Origin: an uncultured Trueperaceae bacterium
GTDB taxonomy: Bacteria > Deinococcota > Deinococci > Deinococcales > Trueperaceae
Direction of reading: 5' to 3'
Assembly: GCA_963799485.1 (NCBI GenBank)
Contig: CAWCXJ010000007.1
Coordinates: 288,001-352,000 of the forward strand
DNA length: 64,000 nucleotides
Part shown: one piece after another, positions 1 to 9,252 of the stretch
How positions within the stretch are numbered: the first letter of the stretch is position 1
Layout of the letters: every line of letters starts with the position of its first letter
Notes under the pieces: generated by a model
Database searches by the model: none
Seen by the model: only the letters and a program-made list of their open reading frames with translations
Told to the model about the DNA's origin: nothing
Made by a program: the position numbers and the translations under genes

Positions 1-772
1 CGGTCGTAAAGAGCCGCGCGCCCCGCTGGAGGCAGAGCTTGACGAGTCTGGTATCGACCGCTTCGTCGGTGCCGGAAGTGTCGTGGACGAGCTCGAGGTT
101 GCCGCCCAAAACCGCCTCGAGCTGCGCCAAAACCTCGAGCCCCCGCCGACCCCGGCGGCGTCTGGCAGGGTCGCCCGAATCGGCGATACGCTGCAGCTCG
201 AGCAGCACCATCTGCGGCAAGAGCACCGGGCCGCCTAAAAACCGGGTTTCGACGACGGCAACTACCCGTCCGTCGATAAGCGCGGAGGTGTCGAGTACCG
301 TAGGTTTTAGGGCCTCTTGCCGGGGCGCACGTTCAGGTCGTTCGGATTGCCTGAGGCGCAACAAGATTCCCCGGTTACGCACAAAAAACCACGACGACGC
401 GGCTACGAGGAGTGCGGTCATCAGTACCGATACCTGCCACGAAAACCCCGGTACCTGTTCCAGCACACTGTTTAAGAGCACCGTTACGACGAGCGCAGCA
501 GTCGCTCCCACCCCGGCAGCTAAAACTGCGTCCGGTGACAAACTCTGAACCCGGCGCACCGTGCGCTCGGCGGGCCCGACGAGCGGCGCACTTAGAAGGT
601 AGCCGAGCAGCAGCCCGAGGAGTGTCAGGTAGACGAGGTTGACGCTCTCACTAAGGACGTGTTGCGCGAGCAGCCAGCGCCCGACGAGAAGACCTGCAAG
701 CCCGCCCACGACGCACGCCGCACCCCGGACGAGCAGCTCGAGCGTCCCCGCCTTTGCACTCGATACTTTCAC
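1..772 (-). CDS. PIN/TRAM-domain membrane protein (YacL family), 3' end outside window
   Basis: Own translation from GTG 772: N-terminal TM helices, then VLDTSALIDGR...ELQRIADSGD..RRRRGRRGLE PIN motifs; directly downstream of radA, as is typical. Confidence 0.88.
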   Translation of the reverse strand, partial: MKVSSAKAGTLELLVRGAACVVGGLAGLLVGRWLLAQHVLSESVNLVYLTLLGLLLGYLLSAPLVGPAERTVRRVQSLSPDAVLAAGVGATAALVVTVLLNSVLEQVPGFSWQVSVLMTALLVAASSWFFVRNRGILLRLRQSERPERAPRQEALKPTVLDTSALIDGRVVAVVETRFLGGPVLLPQMVLLELQRIADSGDPARRRRGRRGLEVLAQLEAVLGGNLELVHDTSGTDEAVDTRLVKLCLQRGARLFTT

Positions 773-782
773 CGTACCAACC

Positions 783-2114
783 TCATCCCCACACCGCGCC
801 AATCGCCTCGGCAAGCGTGCGTACCGCGACGTGCTTGCTCCCCGCCAGGGGTGGTCCGATGAGGCGCGGAAACTCGGTGCGGCCCGCCTCCTGAAGCCGG
901 CGCTCGAGCTGCGCGACGCTCCTAAGCTCCCCGGCTAAACCGACCTCACCGACGACCGCCGTCCCTTCCGGGAGGGGCCGGTTCGTCACCGCCGAATAAA
1001 CAGCCAGCGCGACCGCCAGGTCGGTACCGGGGTCGGTCAAGCGGAGGCCGCCCGCGACGTTCACGTAAACGTCCAGCCCGGCGAGGGGCAGCTCGAGCCG
1101 CCGCTCTAACACCGCTAACACCACATCGACGCGGCGCGGGTCGAGCCCCTGCACGGTGCGGCGGGGTGAGGCGTAGGGCGATTTGGCGGCGAGCGCCTGC
1201 ACCTCCAAAAGTAGCGGACGTTGCCCCTCCAGTGCCGCGACAATCGCCGAACCCGCCACCCCACGGGGCCGCTCCGCCAAAAACGCCTCGGAGGGGTTAG
1301 CGACCGGGCGCATCCCGAGGGTGGTCATCTCGAAGACGCCCATCTCTCCGGCGGGGCCGAAACGGTTTTTCATCGTCCTTAAGACCCGAAAGCCTGAAGC
1401 GCTTTCTAACGCCAGGGTCGCGTCCACCATATGCTCGACCACTTTCGGCCCGGCAACTTGCCCTTGCTTGGTAACGTGTCCGATCAAAACGAGGGCGCTC
1501 CCCGCCTCTTTCGCGGCTTGCGTCAGGAGCGCGGTACCGTCGCGTACCTGCGTGACGGTACCGGGCGTGGCGCCGTCTTCGGCAAGAAGCGTCTGCACCG
1601 AATCGACGATGACAAAGGGGGGCCGGAAGGTGCGGAAATGCTCTGCCAAGGTGCGGGCGTCGGTCTCGCGGGTGAGTTCGAGTTTGGACGCGACGCCGAG
1701 CCGCTCGGCGCGCATCTTGACCTGCGATAACGACTCTTCGCCCGCGACGTAGAGTGTGGTGTGTCCTTGCAGGAGCATTTCATGGGCGAGTTGCAGTAAA
1801 AGCGTCGATTTGCCGATACCGGGTTCGCCGGCGAGCAGCGTTACGGCCCCGGCAACCCAGCCGCCGCCCAAAACCCTATCGACTTCACCGATGCCTGAAG
1901 GAACGCGCTGCGATTCGGTGAGTTCAAGGCTCGAGAGCTTTTCCACCAGGGCCGGCGGCGTCAGGCTCCGCGCCGCCCCCCGCCACTGGCCCGGCGGCGC
2001 GGTAAGCTGCGCCTCCATACTGCCCCACGCCCCGCAGCGCGGACACTTGCCCATCTTGACGGGCGACTGTGTGCCGCATTCGTTACAAACATAAGTAGTC
2101 CCGACCTTAGCCAC
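783..2114 (-). CDS. radA: DNA repair protein RadA/Sms
   Basis: C4 zinc finger, Walker [15 protein letters not shown] motif, Lon-like C-terminus. Confidence 0.97.
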   Translation of the reverse strand: MAKVGTTYVCNECGTQSPVKMGKCPRCGAWGSMEAQLTAPPGQWRGAARSLTPPALVEKLSSLELTESQRVPSGIGEVDRVLGGGWVAGAVTLLAGEPGIGKSTLLLQLAHEMLLQGHTTLYVAGEESLSQVKMRAERLGVASKLELTRETDARTLAEHFRTFRPPFVIVDSVQTLLAEDGATPGTVTQVRDGTALLTQAAKEAGSALVLIGHVTKQGQVAGPKVVEHMVDATLALESASGFRVLRTMKNRFGPAGEMGVFEMTTLGMRPVANPSEAFLAERPRGVAGSAIVAALEGQRPLLLEVQALAAKSPYASPRRTVQGLDPRRVDVVLAVLERRLELPLAGLDVYVNVAGGLRLTDPGTDLAVALAVYSAVTNRPLPEGTAVVGEVGLAGELRSVAQLERRLQEAGRTEFPRLIGPPLAGSKHVAVRTLAEAIGAVWG

Positions 2115-2194
2115 CGGACTATCATAAGGCGCAAACTCTTACAAAAAAGTTGCGGCGCACCGCCGCGCTAGTCTGCCTCCCTTATACTGAGCCC

Positions 2195-3031
2195 ATGACC
2201 CACTTTTCTTCACTGCTGCTGGCAGTAGACGCTTCTCCTTACGCCGAGGTCGCGGTGCGCTACGCGGCGCTGCTGAGCGGGCGTTTGGGTGTGCCGCTCC
2301 GCGCCGTTCACGTGATCGACCTCCGCGTCGCTACGACGCCGAGTACGTTGGAAGCCGGTATGGGCGACCCGGCTTTGGTGACCCCTTACTTCGATACGGA
2401 GCTTCAGGGCATTCTGGAGGAGCGCGCCCAAAAAGTGCAGGCGGACGTGCAGGCCATGTTGAAACGTCTAGGCGTTGAGGCCGACCTCGAGCTGCCGACC
2501 GGGCCTGTCGAAGACGAAATCCTGGGCCGCGCCGACGCCCAGACGCTCATCGTGATGGGTAAAGAAGGCGACAGCGCTCAACCAAACGGTGCGCGTCTCG
2601 GGGGCGTCGCCGAACACATCGCGCGCCGCGCTGACGGGGCTGTGCTGCTCGTCCCGCGGCAGTTTACCGAACCCCGGCGGCTGCTCCTCGGTTACGACGG
2701 CTCGGATGGGGCCGAAGGCGCGCTCAGCTACACGCTGGCGCTTGCCAAACCTCTGGGGCTCCCCATTTTAGCGCTCAACGTCCAAGACGACGAGGAGACC
2801 GCGAGGGCCCCTCTCGCGCGGGCGCGCCACCACGCGGAGCGGGCAGGGCTCGAGCTGACCGCTGAGTTTCGTTCCGGCAATCCCGCCGAGGCTATCGTAG
2901 AGGTCGCGCAAGCAGGCGACGTTATCGCTATCGGCGCATTTGAAACAGGCCGCCTGGCTGAATTTTTTCGGGGTTCGACGACCCGCGACGTGGTATTTGG
3001 GGCCGCCGTACCGGTACTTTTGCATCACTGA
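2195..3031 (+). CDS. Universal stress protein (tandem USP domains)
   Basis: LLLAVDAS / LLLGYDGS domain starts and GSTT motif; ATG 2195 lies 6 nt after TATACT. Confidence 0.88.
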   Translation: MTHFSSLLLAVDASPYAEVAVRYAALLSGRLGVPLRAVHVIDLRVATTPSTLEAGMGDPALVTPYFDTELQGILEERAQKVQADVQAMLKRLGVEADLELPTGPVEDEILGRADAQTLIVMGKEGDSAQPNGARLGGVAEHIARRADGAVLLVPRQFTEPRRLLLGYDGSDGAEGALSYTLALAKPLGLPILALNVQDDEETARAPLARARHHAERAGLELTAEFRSGNPAEAIVEVAQAGDVIAIGAFETGRLAEFFRGSTTRDVVFGAAVPVLLHH

Positions 3032-3269
3032 TGTGTCTAAGGTGAGCCGGTCTACGCGCCCCGTTTCGCTTCCCGGCGGCACCGCTGCGAACAGTGACGC
3101 ACATTCTCCCAGTCGCGTTCCCAGCGCTTACGCCAGCTAAACGGCAGGCCGCAGTGGGCGCAGGTTTTGCTCGGCAGGTCGGCTTTTTTACGCGCTTTAG
3201 CCATAGGCTTTGGGCTCGGTCACTTTGGTCTTTACGATAACCGCTACCAAGCCGCTATCCCGGCAGCCG

Positions 3270-3437
3270 TGCTACAGTAGACGCCTAGAGCCACAGTGGT
3301 CTACGCCGCAACCGCAAAGGGCGTCTCAGGTGTTGTCCCACACCTGAAACGGTAGCTGGAAAGGGTACTTTCAGACCGAATCTGCAAAAAACGGCGTGCT
3401 GACCGGCTACACGGTTTTCTAGGGTAAAGGAGCCGTA
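3270..3437 (+). promoter_or_regulatory. Extended -10 promoter plus long structured 5' leader
   Basis: TGcTACAGT at 3270-3278; several stems at 3303-3397; AAGGAG RBS before ATG 3438. Confidence 0.4.
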
Positions 3438-3656
3438 ATGGATAAAGAAGCGCAAGTGCTGAGTCGGAGCGTAGCGGCTCAAGTCCGCCCGCAGTACCAG
3501 GGTTGGCTTAAAAAAGTCGGGGCGGCGCAGGCCGACGCACGCGCCTACGACAAGGTAGTCGAACTTGTGGCTCGCAAACAAAAGCTCAGCGCCGACAAGG
3601 TAAGGTTCGCCTCGCGAGAGGTTTTGCAAGAAGCGATGGCTCTAATTACCCGGTAA
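3438..3656 (+). CDS. Small basic hypothetical protein (72 aa)
   Basis: ORF with strong AAGGAG RBS in an otherwise intergenic gap. Confidence 0.65.
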   Translation: MDKEAQVLSRSVAAQVRPQYQGWLKKVGAAQADARAYDKVVELVARKQKLSADKVRFASREVLQEAMALITR

Positions 3657-3764
3657 CCTCTAAAAACCTGTAGTGGGTGCGGTACGAAAAACCATCATGC
3701 TGCCCGCTCGGTGAGTATGACACCCCCCACTGTTAGCGGCGTAGCACGAACGTTAAGGTAGAGC

Positions 3765-5309
3765 GTGTACTACTCATTACTTACGCTTCGGCTTAACACA
3801 CTGTTTCAACGAGCGTGGTGGTTTCCGGTCGGGTCGGGCCCTCGGCCCGACCCGCCCTTCGGTTTACGGTTTTTCAAAATACTCACCGGCGTGCTGGTGC
3901 TTGCTGCGCTGGGGATTGCCCCACTCGGTTACGCGCAGCAGCGCCAAACTCCCGCTCAGCCAACTACCCGAACGTCTCGCGTGCAAACGCCGCAAGTGCA
4001 AACGCCGCAAGTGCAAATGCCGCAAGTGCAAATGCCTTTACAAACGCCTTCAGTGCAGACCCGGGTCTGCGCCGCTTCCGAAGCGGCCCCGGTGCGCCCT
4101 ATCTGGCAAGGTGAGCGCGGCTGGCTCTTCGGCCGGCCCGACCTGATCACCGCGTTGGAGCTACCTGAAACGGCGCTGCCTTATCTGCGGCGGCTCGCGG
4201 CGGCCCTCAGGTCCGAGGGCATTACGCCGGTCGCTTTGGTCGTCCCGACACGCGGCTCGGTGGCCCACAATCGTATGGGCACGAACCCGGCCCCGGCCTT
4301 GGCGAACTACGACCCCGAGGCGGCGGCGCGCGGTTACCGCAGCTTTCTAGCCCGGTTGAGGACGGCAGGGTTTATCGCGCCCGACCTGCTGGCAGTCGCG
4401 CGCACCGAGGGCGACACCTTCTTTTTCAAACGCGACCATCACTGGACGCCCGAGGCGGCGCGGGCCGTGGCGCAGGCGGTCGCGGCAAGGCTCGAGGCTC
4501 AGCTTGCCTCATTCCCCAAAACACCCTCCGTGTCTCTGCGAGTCCCCTCCAAAAAACAGCTGGGGACGCTCCAGCGACGGGCCGAGGCACTTTGTCCGGG
4601 GCTCAGCCTGGGGCTCGAGTCCGTCTCTCAGTTTGAAACGAGCCTGAGGCGTCCCGAAGCCAGCAGCACAGCCCTCTTCGCCGCCGTAAATCCTGAAATC
4701 GTTCTGGTCGGTACCAGCAACAGCTACCGCGGAGAAGACAAACCGGAACTCAACTTCGACGGGTTTTTACGGCAGGCAACGTCGCTCGAGGTACTCAACG
4801 TCGCTTTTCCCGGTGCCGGGGTTTACGGTTCTCTGGCAGCGTACCTGCTCTCTGCGGAATACCAAACAGCGCCGCCGCAGGTGCTTTTGTGGGAAACGAC
4901 CTATATGAGCTGGCACCGCCGGAAAAGCCTCGAGACCGAACAGCGCCAGGTCTTGCCGAGCGTTTACGGCGGGTGTTCGCGCACGCTGGCAAGGCGCACC
5001 GTAAAAACACTGCGTAAGGGCGAAACCACACTTCTCGCGGGATTAAACGTGCCCGGTACAAAAAGTGCCTATTTGCAACTCACCGTAGACGACCCTACGC
5101 TGGTCAGGTTCGGTCTCGAGCTGCGCTATCAAAACGTTACCGAGCGCGTTCAAATCGCCCGCACGACCCGCGTGCCCAACTCCGGCGAGTTCTTCCTCGA
5201 CGTTTTGGACAAGCCGCTTAGAGCAGTGGTTTTGGACAGTCCAAAAGCAGTTGCGGGCGGGGCGGAGGTTACGCTCTGCCCTGCACCTGAAGGCGCGTCA
5301 GCACACTAA
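3765..5309 (+). CDS. AlgX/AlgJ-like SGNH polysaccharide O-acetyltransferase with C-terminal CBM-like domain (start uncertain)
   Basis: GWLF, FFKRDHHWTPEAA and LVGTSNS motifs; signal-peptide/TM segment; C-terminal beta-rich domain ending in Cys. Confidence 0.8.
   Translation: MYYSLLTLRLNTLFQRAWWFPVGSGPRPDPPFGLRFFKILTGVLVLAALGIAPLGYAQQRQTPAQPTTRTSRVQTPQVQTPQVQMPQVQMPLQTPSVQTRVCAASEAAPVRPIWQGERGWLFGRPDLITALELPETALPYLRRLAAALRSEGITPVALVVPTRGSVAHNRMGTNPAPALANYDPEAAARGYRSFLARLRTAGFIAPDLLAVARTEGDTFFFKRDHHWTPEAARAVAQAVAARLEAQLASFPKTPSVSLRVPSKKQLGTLQRRAEALCPGLSLGLESVSQFETSLRRPEASSTALFAAVNPEIVLVGTSNSYRGEDKPELNFDGFLRQATSLEVLNVAFPGAGVYGSLAAYLLSAEYQTAPPQVLLWETTYMSWHRRKSLETEQRQVLPSVYGGCSRTLARRTVKTLRKGETTLLAGLNVPGTKSAYLQLTVDDPTLVRFGLELRYQNVTERVQIARTTRVPNSGEFFLDVLDKPLRAVVLDSPKAVAGGAEVTLCPAPEGASAH
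3981..4036 (+). repeat. 15-bp coding tandem repeat GTGCAAA(C/T)GCCGCAA x3.7 (VQTPQ/VQMPQ linker)
   Basis: Directly visible. Confidence 0.9.
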
Positions 5310-5866
5310 CGATAAAACCCCAGCAAGTACGCCGTCACCCCGGCAGCCTCGCGCAGCAGGTAGGGGAGACGTGGGCCGTACGTCGTGACGGGCGCGACCT
5401 CGGCGTCGAGACCGAGGTGCCTTGCTAGAAGTTTTGTGCGGTAAGCGTGCAGGTCGTCGGTAACGATAATGATGCGTTGACCCCGGAGGAGCGGTTCGCT
5501 GTAACGCAGGTTCTGGTAGCTCGAGCGGCTCTTTCTTTCACTTGCAAGGGCCGCTTCGGGTACACCTTGCTCGGCGAGGTAGCGCACGCCGGTCTCTCCT
5601 TCGGTAAACCTGTCGCCCTCTTGCTTGCCGCCGGTAACGACGATACGCGGCGCACATCCGGCCCGGTAGAGTTCCAATGCCCGGTCGAGCCGCCGCGCAA
5701 ACACCGGCGACGGCACGCCGTCGTACTGCGCCGCGCCCATCACCACGAGGCTGTCGGCAGGGCACTGCGGAGTCTGTGCGTGCGTGACCCAGCCTGCACC
5801 CAAAAAAACCATCAGCGTAAACCCGACGCCAAACCCGACCAAGCTGCGTAGACCTGAGCGCAACAT
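5306..5866 (-). CDS. YdcF/ElyC/SanA (DUF218) family protein
   Basis: VVMGA, RLDRALELY, IVVTGG, E..S.SSYQN, VTDDLH..R, REA motifs. Confidence 0.88.
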   Translation of the reverse strand: MLRSGLRSLVGFGVGFTLMVFLGAGWVTHAQTPQCPADSLVVMGAAQYDGVPSPVFARRLDRALELYRAGCAPRIVVTGGKQEGDRFTEGETGVRYLAEQGVPEAALASERKSRSSYQNLRYSEPLLRGQRIIIVTDDLHAYRTKLLARHLGLDAEVAPVTTYGPRLPYLLREAAGVTAYLLGFYR

Positions 5867-7146
5867 CAGGATGTGGGTTCAGGCTCGAGCCGCGCCTCAA
5901 TCGCGCGGGCGTGTGCGGGGAGCCCTTCGGCTCGCGCCAGCCGCGCCGCCGCCGGGCCGATTTTTTGAAGCGTTTCTGCGCCGATACCCACGACCGGAAT
6001 CACCTTTTGAAAATCGCGCACGTTGAGCGCCGAGGCAAAGCGCGCCGTGCCGCCCGTCGGCATCACGTGGCTCGGCCCCGCCGCGTAGTCGCCCAGGGCT
6101 TCCATACTCGCGGCTCCCAGAAAAATCCCGCCTGCGTTTTTAACCTCCGGCAGCGCCGCCCACGGGTCTTGAACGAGCAGACAGAGGTGTTCGGGTGCGT
6201 AGAGGTTGGCGACCTTTAAGCCTTCGGCAAGTGAATCCACGACAACGGCGTAAGCGCGGGTCGTAAGCGAGTCTTTCGCAGCGTCTCGGGTGGCGAGGGT
6301 GAGAAGTTGCTGCTCGAGTTCTCCCTGCACCCGCGTCAGCAACGTTTCGTCGGTCGTCACCAGAACAGGCTGCGCGAAAACGTGTTCAGCCTGCGCCAAA
6401 AGGTCGGCGGCGACGTGTTCGGGGTCGGCGGTGTGGTCGGCCAACACGAGCGTTTCAGTCGGGCCGGGCAGCGCTTCGATCCCGACTGTGCCGAAAACGA
6501 GCTGTTTGGCGAGTACCACGTAAGCGTTACCGGGACCGACGATTTTGTCAACGCGGGGGATGCTCGCGGTACCGTAAGCGAGGGCCGCGACAGCCTGCGC
6601 GCCGCCGACGCGGTAAACCTCGGAGATGCCGAGAAGCCGCGCTGCTACCAATATTTCCGGGGCGACGCTCCCGTCTTCTCGCGGGGGCGTCGCTACGGCA
6701 ATGTCCGGGACGCCCGCAACTTGTGCGGGTACGGCGCACATCAGCAGCGTGCTAAAAAGCGGCGCACTCCCGCCCGGAACGTACACGCCGATACGCCCTA
6801 AGGGCCTTACCAGCTGCCCCAGCAGCCCACCGTCCGTCTGGTGCAAGAAGCCCTCTTGCGGTTGACGAACATAAAACGCCCGGATACGCGCCGCTGAGAG
6901 CGCCATCGCAGCTTTTACGTCTTTGGAAACGGCACGTTCGGCAGCGCCAAAAGCCGCTTCGGGTACCCGTAAGGTATCCAGCTTGACCTTATCGAAACGC
7001 TCTGTATAGTCCCGCACCGCCGCGTCACCCGATATTTTGACCCCTGCCAAGATTTCCGCTACCGCGCCCTGTTGGCTTGCGTCCGGCTCGCTCCCACGTT
7101 TTGAGAAGACCCTTTCGGCTTCTTTGTATCCCCGTAATACCTGCAT
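5866..7146 (-). CDS. hisD: Histidinol dehydrogenase
   Basis: GVYVPGG, KIVGPGN, DLLAQAEH, YAPEHL, GDYAAGPSHVMPT; start placed at ATG 7146. Confidence 0.96.
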   Translation of the reverse strand: MQVLRGYKEAERVFSKRGSEPDASQQGAVAEILAGVKISGDAAVRDYTERFDKVKLDTLRVPEAAFGAAERAVSKDVKAAMALSAARIRAFYVRQPQEGFLHQTDGGLLGQLVRPLGRIGVYVPGGSAPLFSTLLMCAVPAQVAGVPDIAVATPPREDGSVAPEILVAARLLGISEVYRVGGAQAVAALAYGTASIPRVDKIVGPGNAYVVLAKQLVFGTVGIEALPGPTETLVLADHTADPEHVAADLLAQAEHVFAQPVLVTTDETLLTRVQGELEQQLLTLATRDAAKDSLTTRAYAVVVDSLAEGLKVANLYAPEHLCLLVQDPWAALPEVKNAGGIFLGAASMEALGDYAAGPSHVMPTGGTARFASALNVRDFQKVIPVVGIGAETLQKIGPAAARLARAEGLPAHARAIEARLEPEPTS

Positions 7147-7298
7147 AGAGGGCATCATATCGTCAATTGCCGGGCGCGTAAGCTCGAGCCGCGTCATTAA
7201 CAGCGCATTCTCAGCAAGAGGTTGCAACCCCTTGTTTGCCGGGGCCGAAACGGAAGCTTTTCGCACCGCGAGCTGTCGGCGGTGCTTAAACTAAACGT

Positions 7299-7793
7299 GT
7301 GAAAACTCGCCTCGCTACCCCCGCCGACGCCGCGCCGATAGCCGAGATTTATAACCAGGGCATCGCCTCGCATTTGGCAACCTTTGAAACGACGCCGCGC
7401 AGCGCCGAAGACGTTGCGCTCTGGTTCAAAACCCCGTACCCGGTCGTGGTGATTGAAGACGCCAATAAGAATGGGGGCCGCATCGGGGCGTTTGCGGCAA
7501 CCTCGAGCTACCGCCCCCGGTCATGCTACGCGGGTATCGCCGAGTTTATGGTGTATGTCGCACTCGACAAACAGCAGCAGGGTTTGGGCAAGGCAGCGCT
7601 CGAGGCGCTCTTCCCGGTCGCCGCCGAGTGTGGGCTTTACAAGCTGGTCTCGAGGGTTTTTGTAGACAACTATGCCAGCCGCCGCCTTTTGGCCTCGGTC
7701 GGGTTTCGTGAGGTCGGCGTTTACGAGCGGCACGGCCAGCTTGCGGGTGAGTGGCGCGACGTGGTGATTGTCGAGCGGTTTTTAGATGTGTGA
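7299..7793 (+). CDS. GNAT N-acetyltransferase (phosphinothricin/arsinothricin, YncA/ArsN1-like)
   Basis: IYNQGI...ATFET, YRPRSCY.GIAE, GFREVG.YERHG, WRDVVIVER. Confidence 0.85.
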   Translation: MKTRLATPADAAPIAEIYNQGIASHLATFETTPRSAEDVALWFKTPYPVVVIEDANKNGGRIGAFAATSSYRPRSCYAGIAEFMVYVALDKQQQGLGKAALEALFPVAAECGLYKLVSRVFVDNYASRRLLASVGFREVGVYERHGQLAGEWRDVVIVERFLDV

Positions 7794-7877
7794 AGCTCGA
7801 GTGTGGTCGGGCTCGAGCAAAAGCAAAGGCAAGCGTATAAAAGAAACGCCGACAGATTGCTTTTACGGCGTCAGATC

Positions 7878-7905
7878 AAAAAACAAGCCACCCGAAGGTA
7901 GCTTG
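7878..7905 (-). terminator. Rho-independent terminator of infC-rpmI-rplT
   Basis: CAAGCTACC-TTCG-GGTGGCTTG followed by T6 on the - strand. Confidence 0.8.
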
Positions 7906-7925
7906 CATCTGATATTTGGAGTTCG

Positions 7926-8276
7926 TTAAGCGCTTTTAGACAAATCTACCAAACGCTTGAACGCGTCCGGATGCTGCACCGCCAAATCGGCTAGAATCTT
8001 GCGGTTGATTTCAACGCCCGACTTGCGCAGCCCGCTCATAAAGACCGAATAGCTCAAGCCTTCCTGACGGGCAGCGGCGTTGATGCGGGCAATCCACAAC
8101 CGCCTGAAATCGTTCTTTTTGTCGCGGCGGTCGCGGTACTCGTAGTCGGCGGCGTTGAGCAGGGTTTGCTGCGCGATGCGAACACTTTTCGAGCGCATCC
8201 CCCAGAAACCCTTGGCGCGTTTTAAGATTTTCTTATGCTTGTGGCGGCGAACGACGCCGGTCTTGGCTCTTGGCAT
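7926..8276 (-). CDS. rplT: 50S ribosomal protein L20
   Basis: [32 protein letters not shown]. Confidence 0.98.
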   Translation of the reverse strand: MPRAKTGVVRRHKHKKILKRAKGFWGMRSKSVRIAQQTLLNAADYEYRDRRDKKNDFRRLWIARINAAARQEGLSYSVFMSGLRKSGVEINRKILADLAVQHPDAFKRLVDLSKSA

Positions 8277-8283
8277 CTACAAC

Positions 8284-8481
8284 CTACTCGTAAGGGAGCA
8301 AAGCGCGGATGCGCTTGGCGTCCGCTTCGGCGATGACGAGTCCGGTTCTGCCCTGACGGATGCGCTTGCCACTCTTCTTGAAGTTCAGGTGACGTTTTCC
8401 GCTCCGCATAGCCTTGACCTTACCTCGCCCTGTGATTTTGACACGGGCTTTGGTGCCCTTATGGGTCTTTTGTTTCGGCAT
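8284..8481 (-). CDS. rpmI: 50S ribosomal protein L35
   Basis: MPKQKTHKG, operon position. Confidence 0.97.
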   Translation of the reverse strand: MPKQKTHKGTKARVKITGRGKVKAMRSGKRHLNFKKSGKRIRQGRTGLVIAEADAKRIRALLPYE

Positions 8482-8522
8482 CTCTTCTCCTAAAGTTATT
8501 TTTGCAACCTGCTTGCGGCTAA

Positions 8523-9074
8523 CTAAGACGCTGTTGCAGTTTCCTGCTCGTCTTTTGGTGATGCGACTTTCGACGGGCCTAAGACCATGTTCATATCCAT
8601 TCCGGCGAGGTTAGGGGCAGATTCGACGACTGCCATGTCGGAAACGTCACCGGCGACGCGGTTCAAAATCTCTTGTCCGAGTTCTGGGTGCGTGCGTTCA
8701 CGACCCCGGAACATAATCGTGATTTTGACCTTGTGACCGCCTTTAAGAAAGCGTTTGACGTGGTTGACTTTGGTCGTATAGTCGTGGTCGTCGATCTTGA
8801 TGCGAAACTTGATGGCTTTCATCTCCTGCTGCCGAGACTTTTTACGGGTCTCTTTTTCCTGCTGCTGGAGTTCGTAGCGGTACTTGCCGTAATCCATCAG
8901 TTTAGCGACGGGGGGCTGGGCACCTTCGCCGACGAGTACCAGATCGGTCTCACCTTCGCGGGCCATCCGGAGTGCGTCACGGGTTTCGACGATGCCTTGC
9001 TGCTGACCGTCGGCCCCAATGAGGCGCACCTGCCTCACCCGAATCTGCTCGTTTACCTTCATCTCTCTGGCTAT
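8523..9074 (-). CDS. infC: Translation initiation factor IF-3 (probable ATA start)
   Basis: NEQIRVRQVRLIG, KLMDYGKY, KVKITIMFRGRE; GGAGGTGA SD 5 nt before ATA at 9074. Confidence 0.96.
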   Translation of the reverse strand: MAREMKVNEQIRVRQVRLIGADGQQQGIVETRDALRMAREGETDLVLVGEGAQPPVAKLMDYGKYRYELQQQEKETRKKSRQQEMKAIKFRIKIDDHDYTTKVNHVKRFLKGGHKVKITIMFRGRERTHPELGQEILNRVAGDVSDMAVVESAPNLAGMDMNMVLGPSKVASPKDEQETATAS

Positions 9075-9252
9075 AAACGTCACCTCCAAAAGTTTGCGCT
9101 CAGGCGCATACGCCCCGCACAGCGCATCAGTGTAGCAGATTAGGCCAGGTTAAGCAACGCGCCAAAAGACGTGATGACCGGCTTTTGCCGTGCTGAACCT
9201 GCACCGTAACGCTTGCAGAGGCTTTCTCGGCGGCGCAGCGTTATCTTGAGCT

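Noticed and set aside
3300..3400. c-di-AMP, c-di-GMP or glycine riboswitch assignment
   Set aside because: Consensus nucleotides of those classes not found by eye; left unclassified
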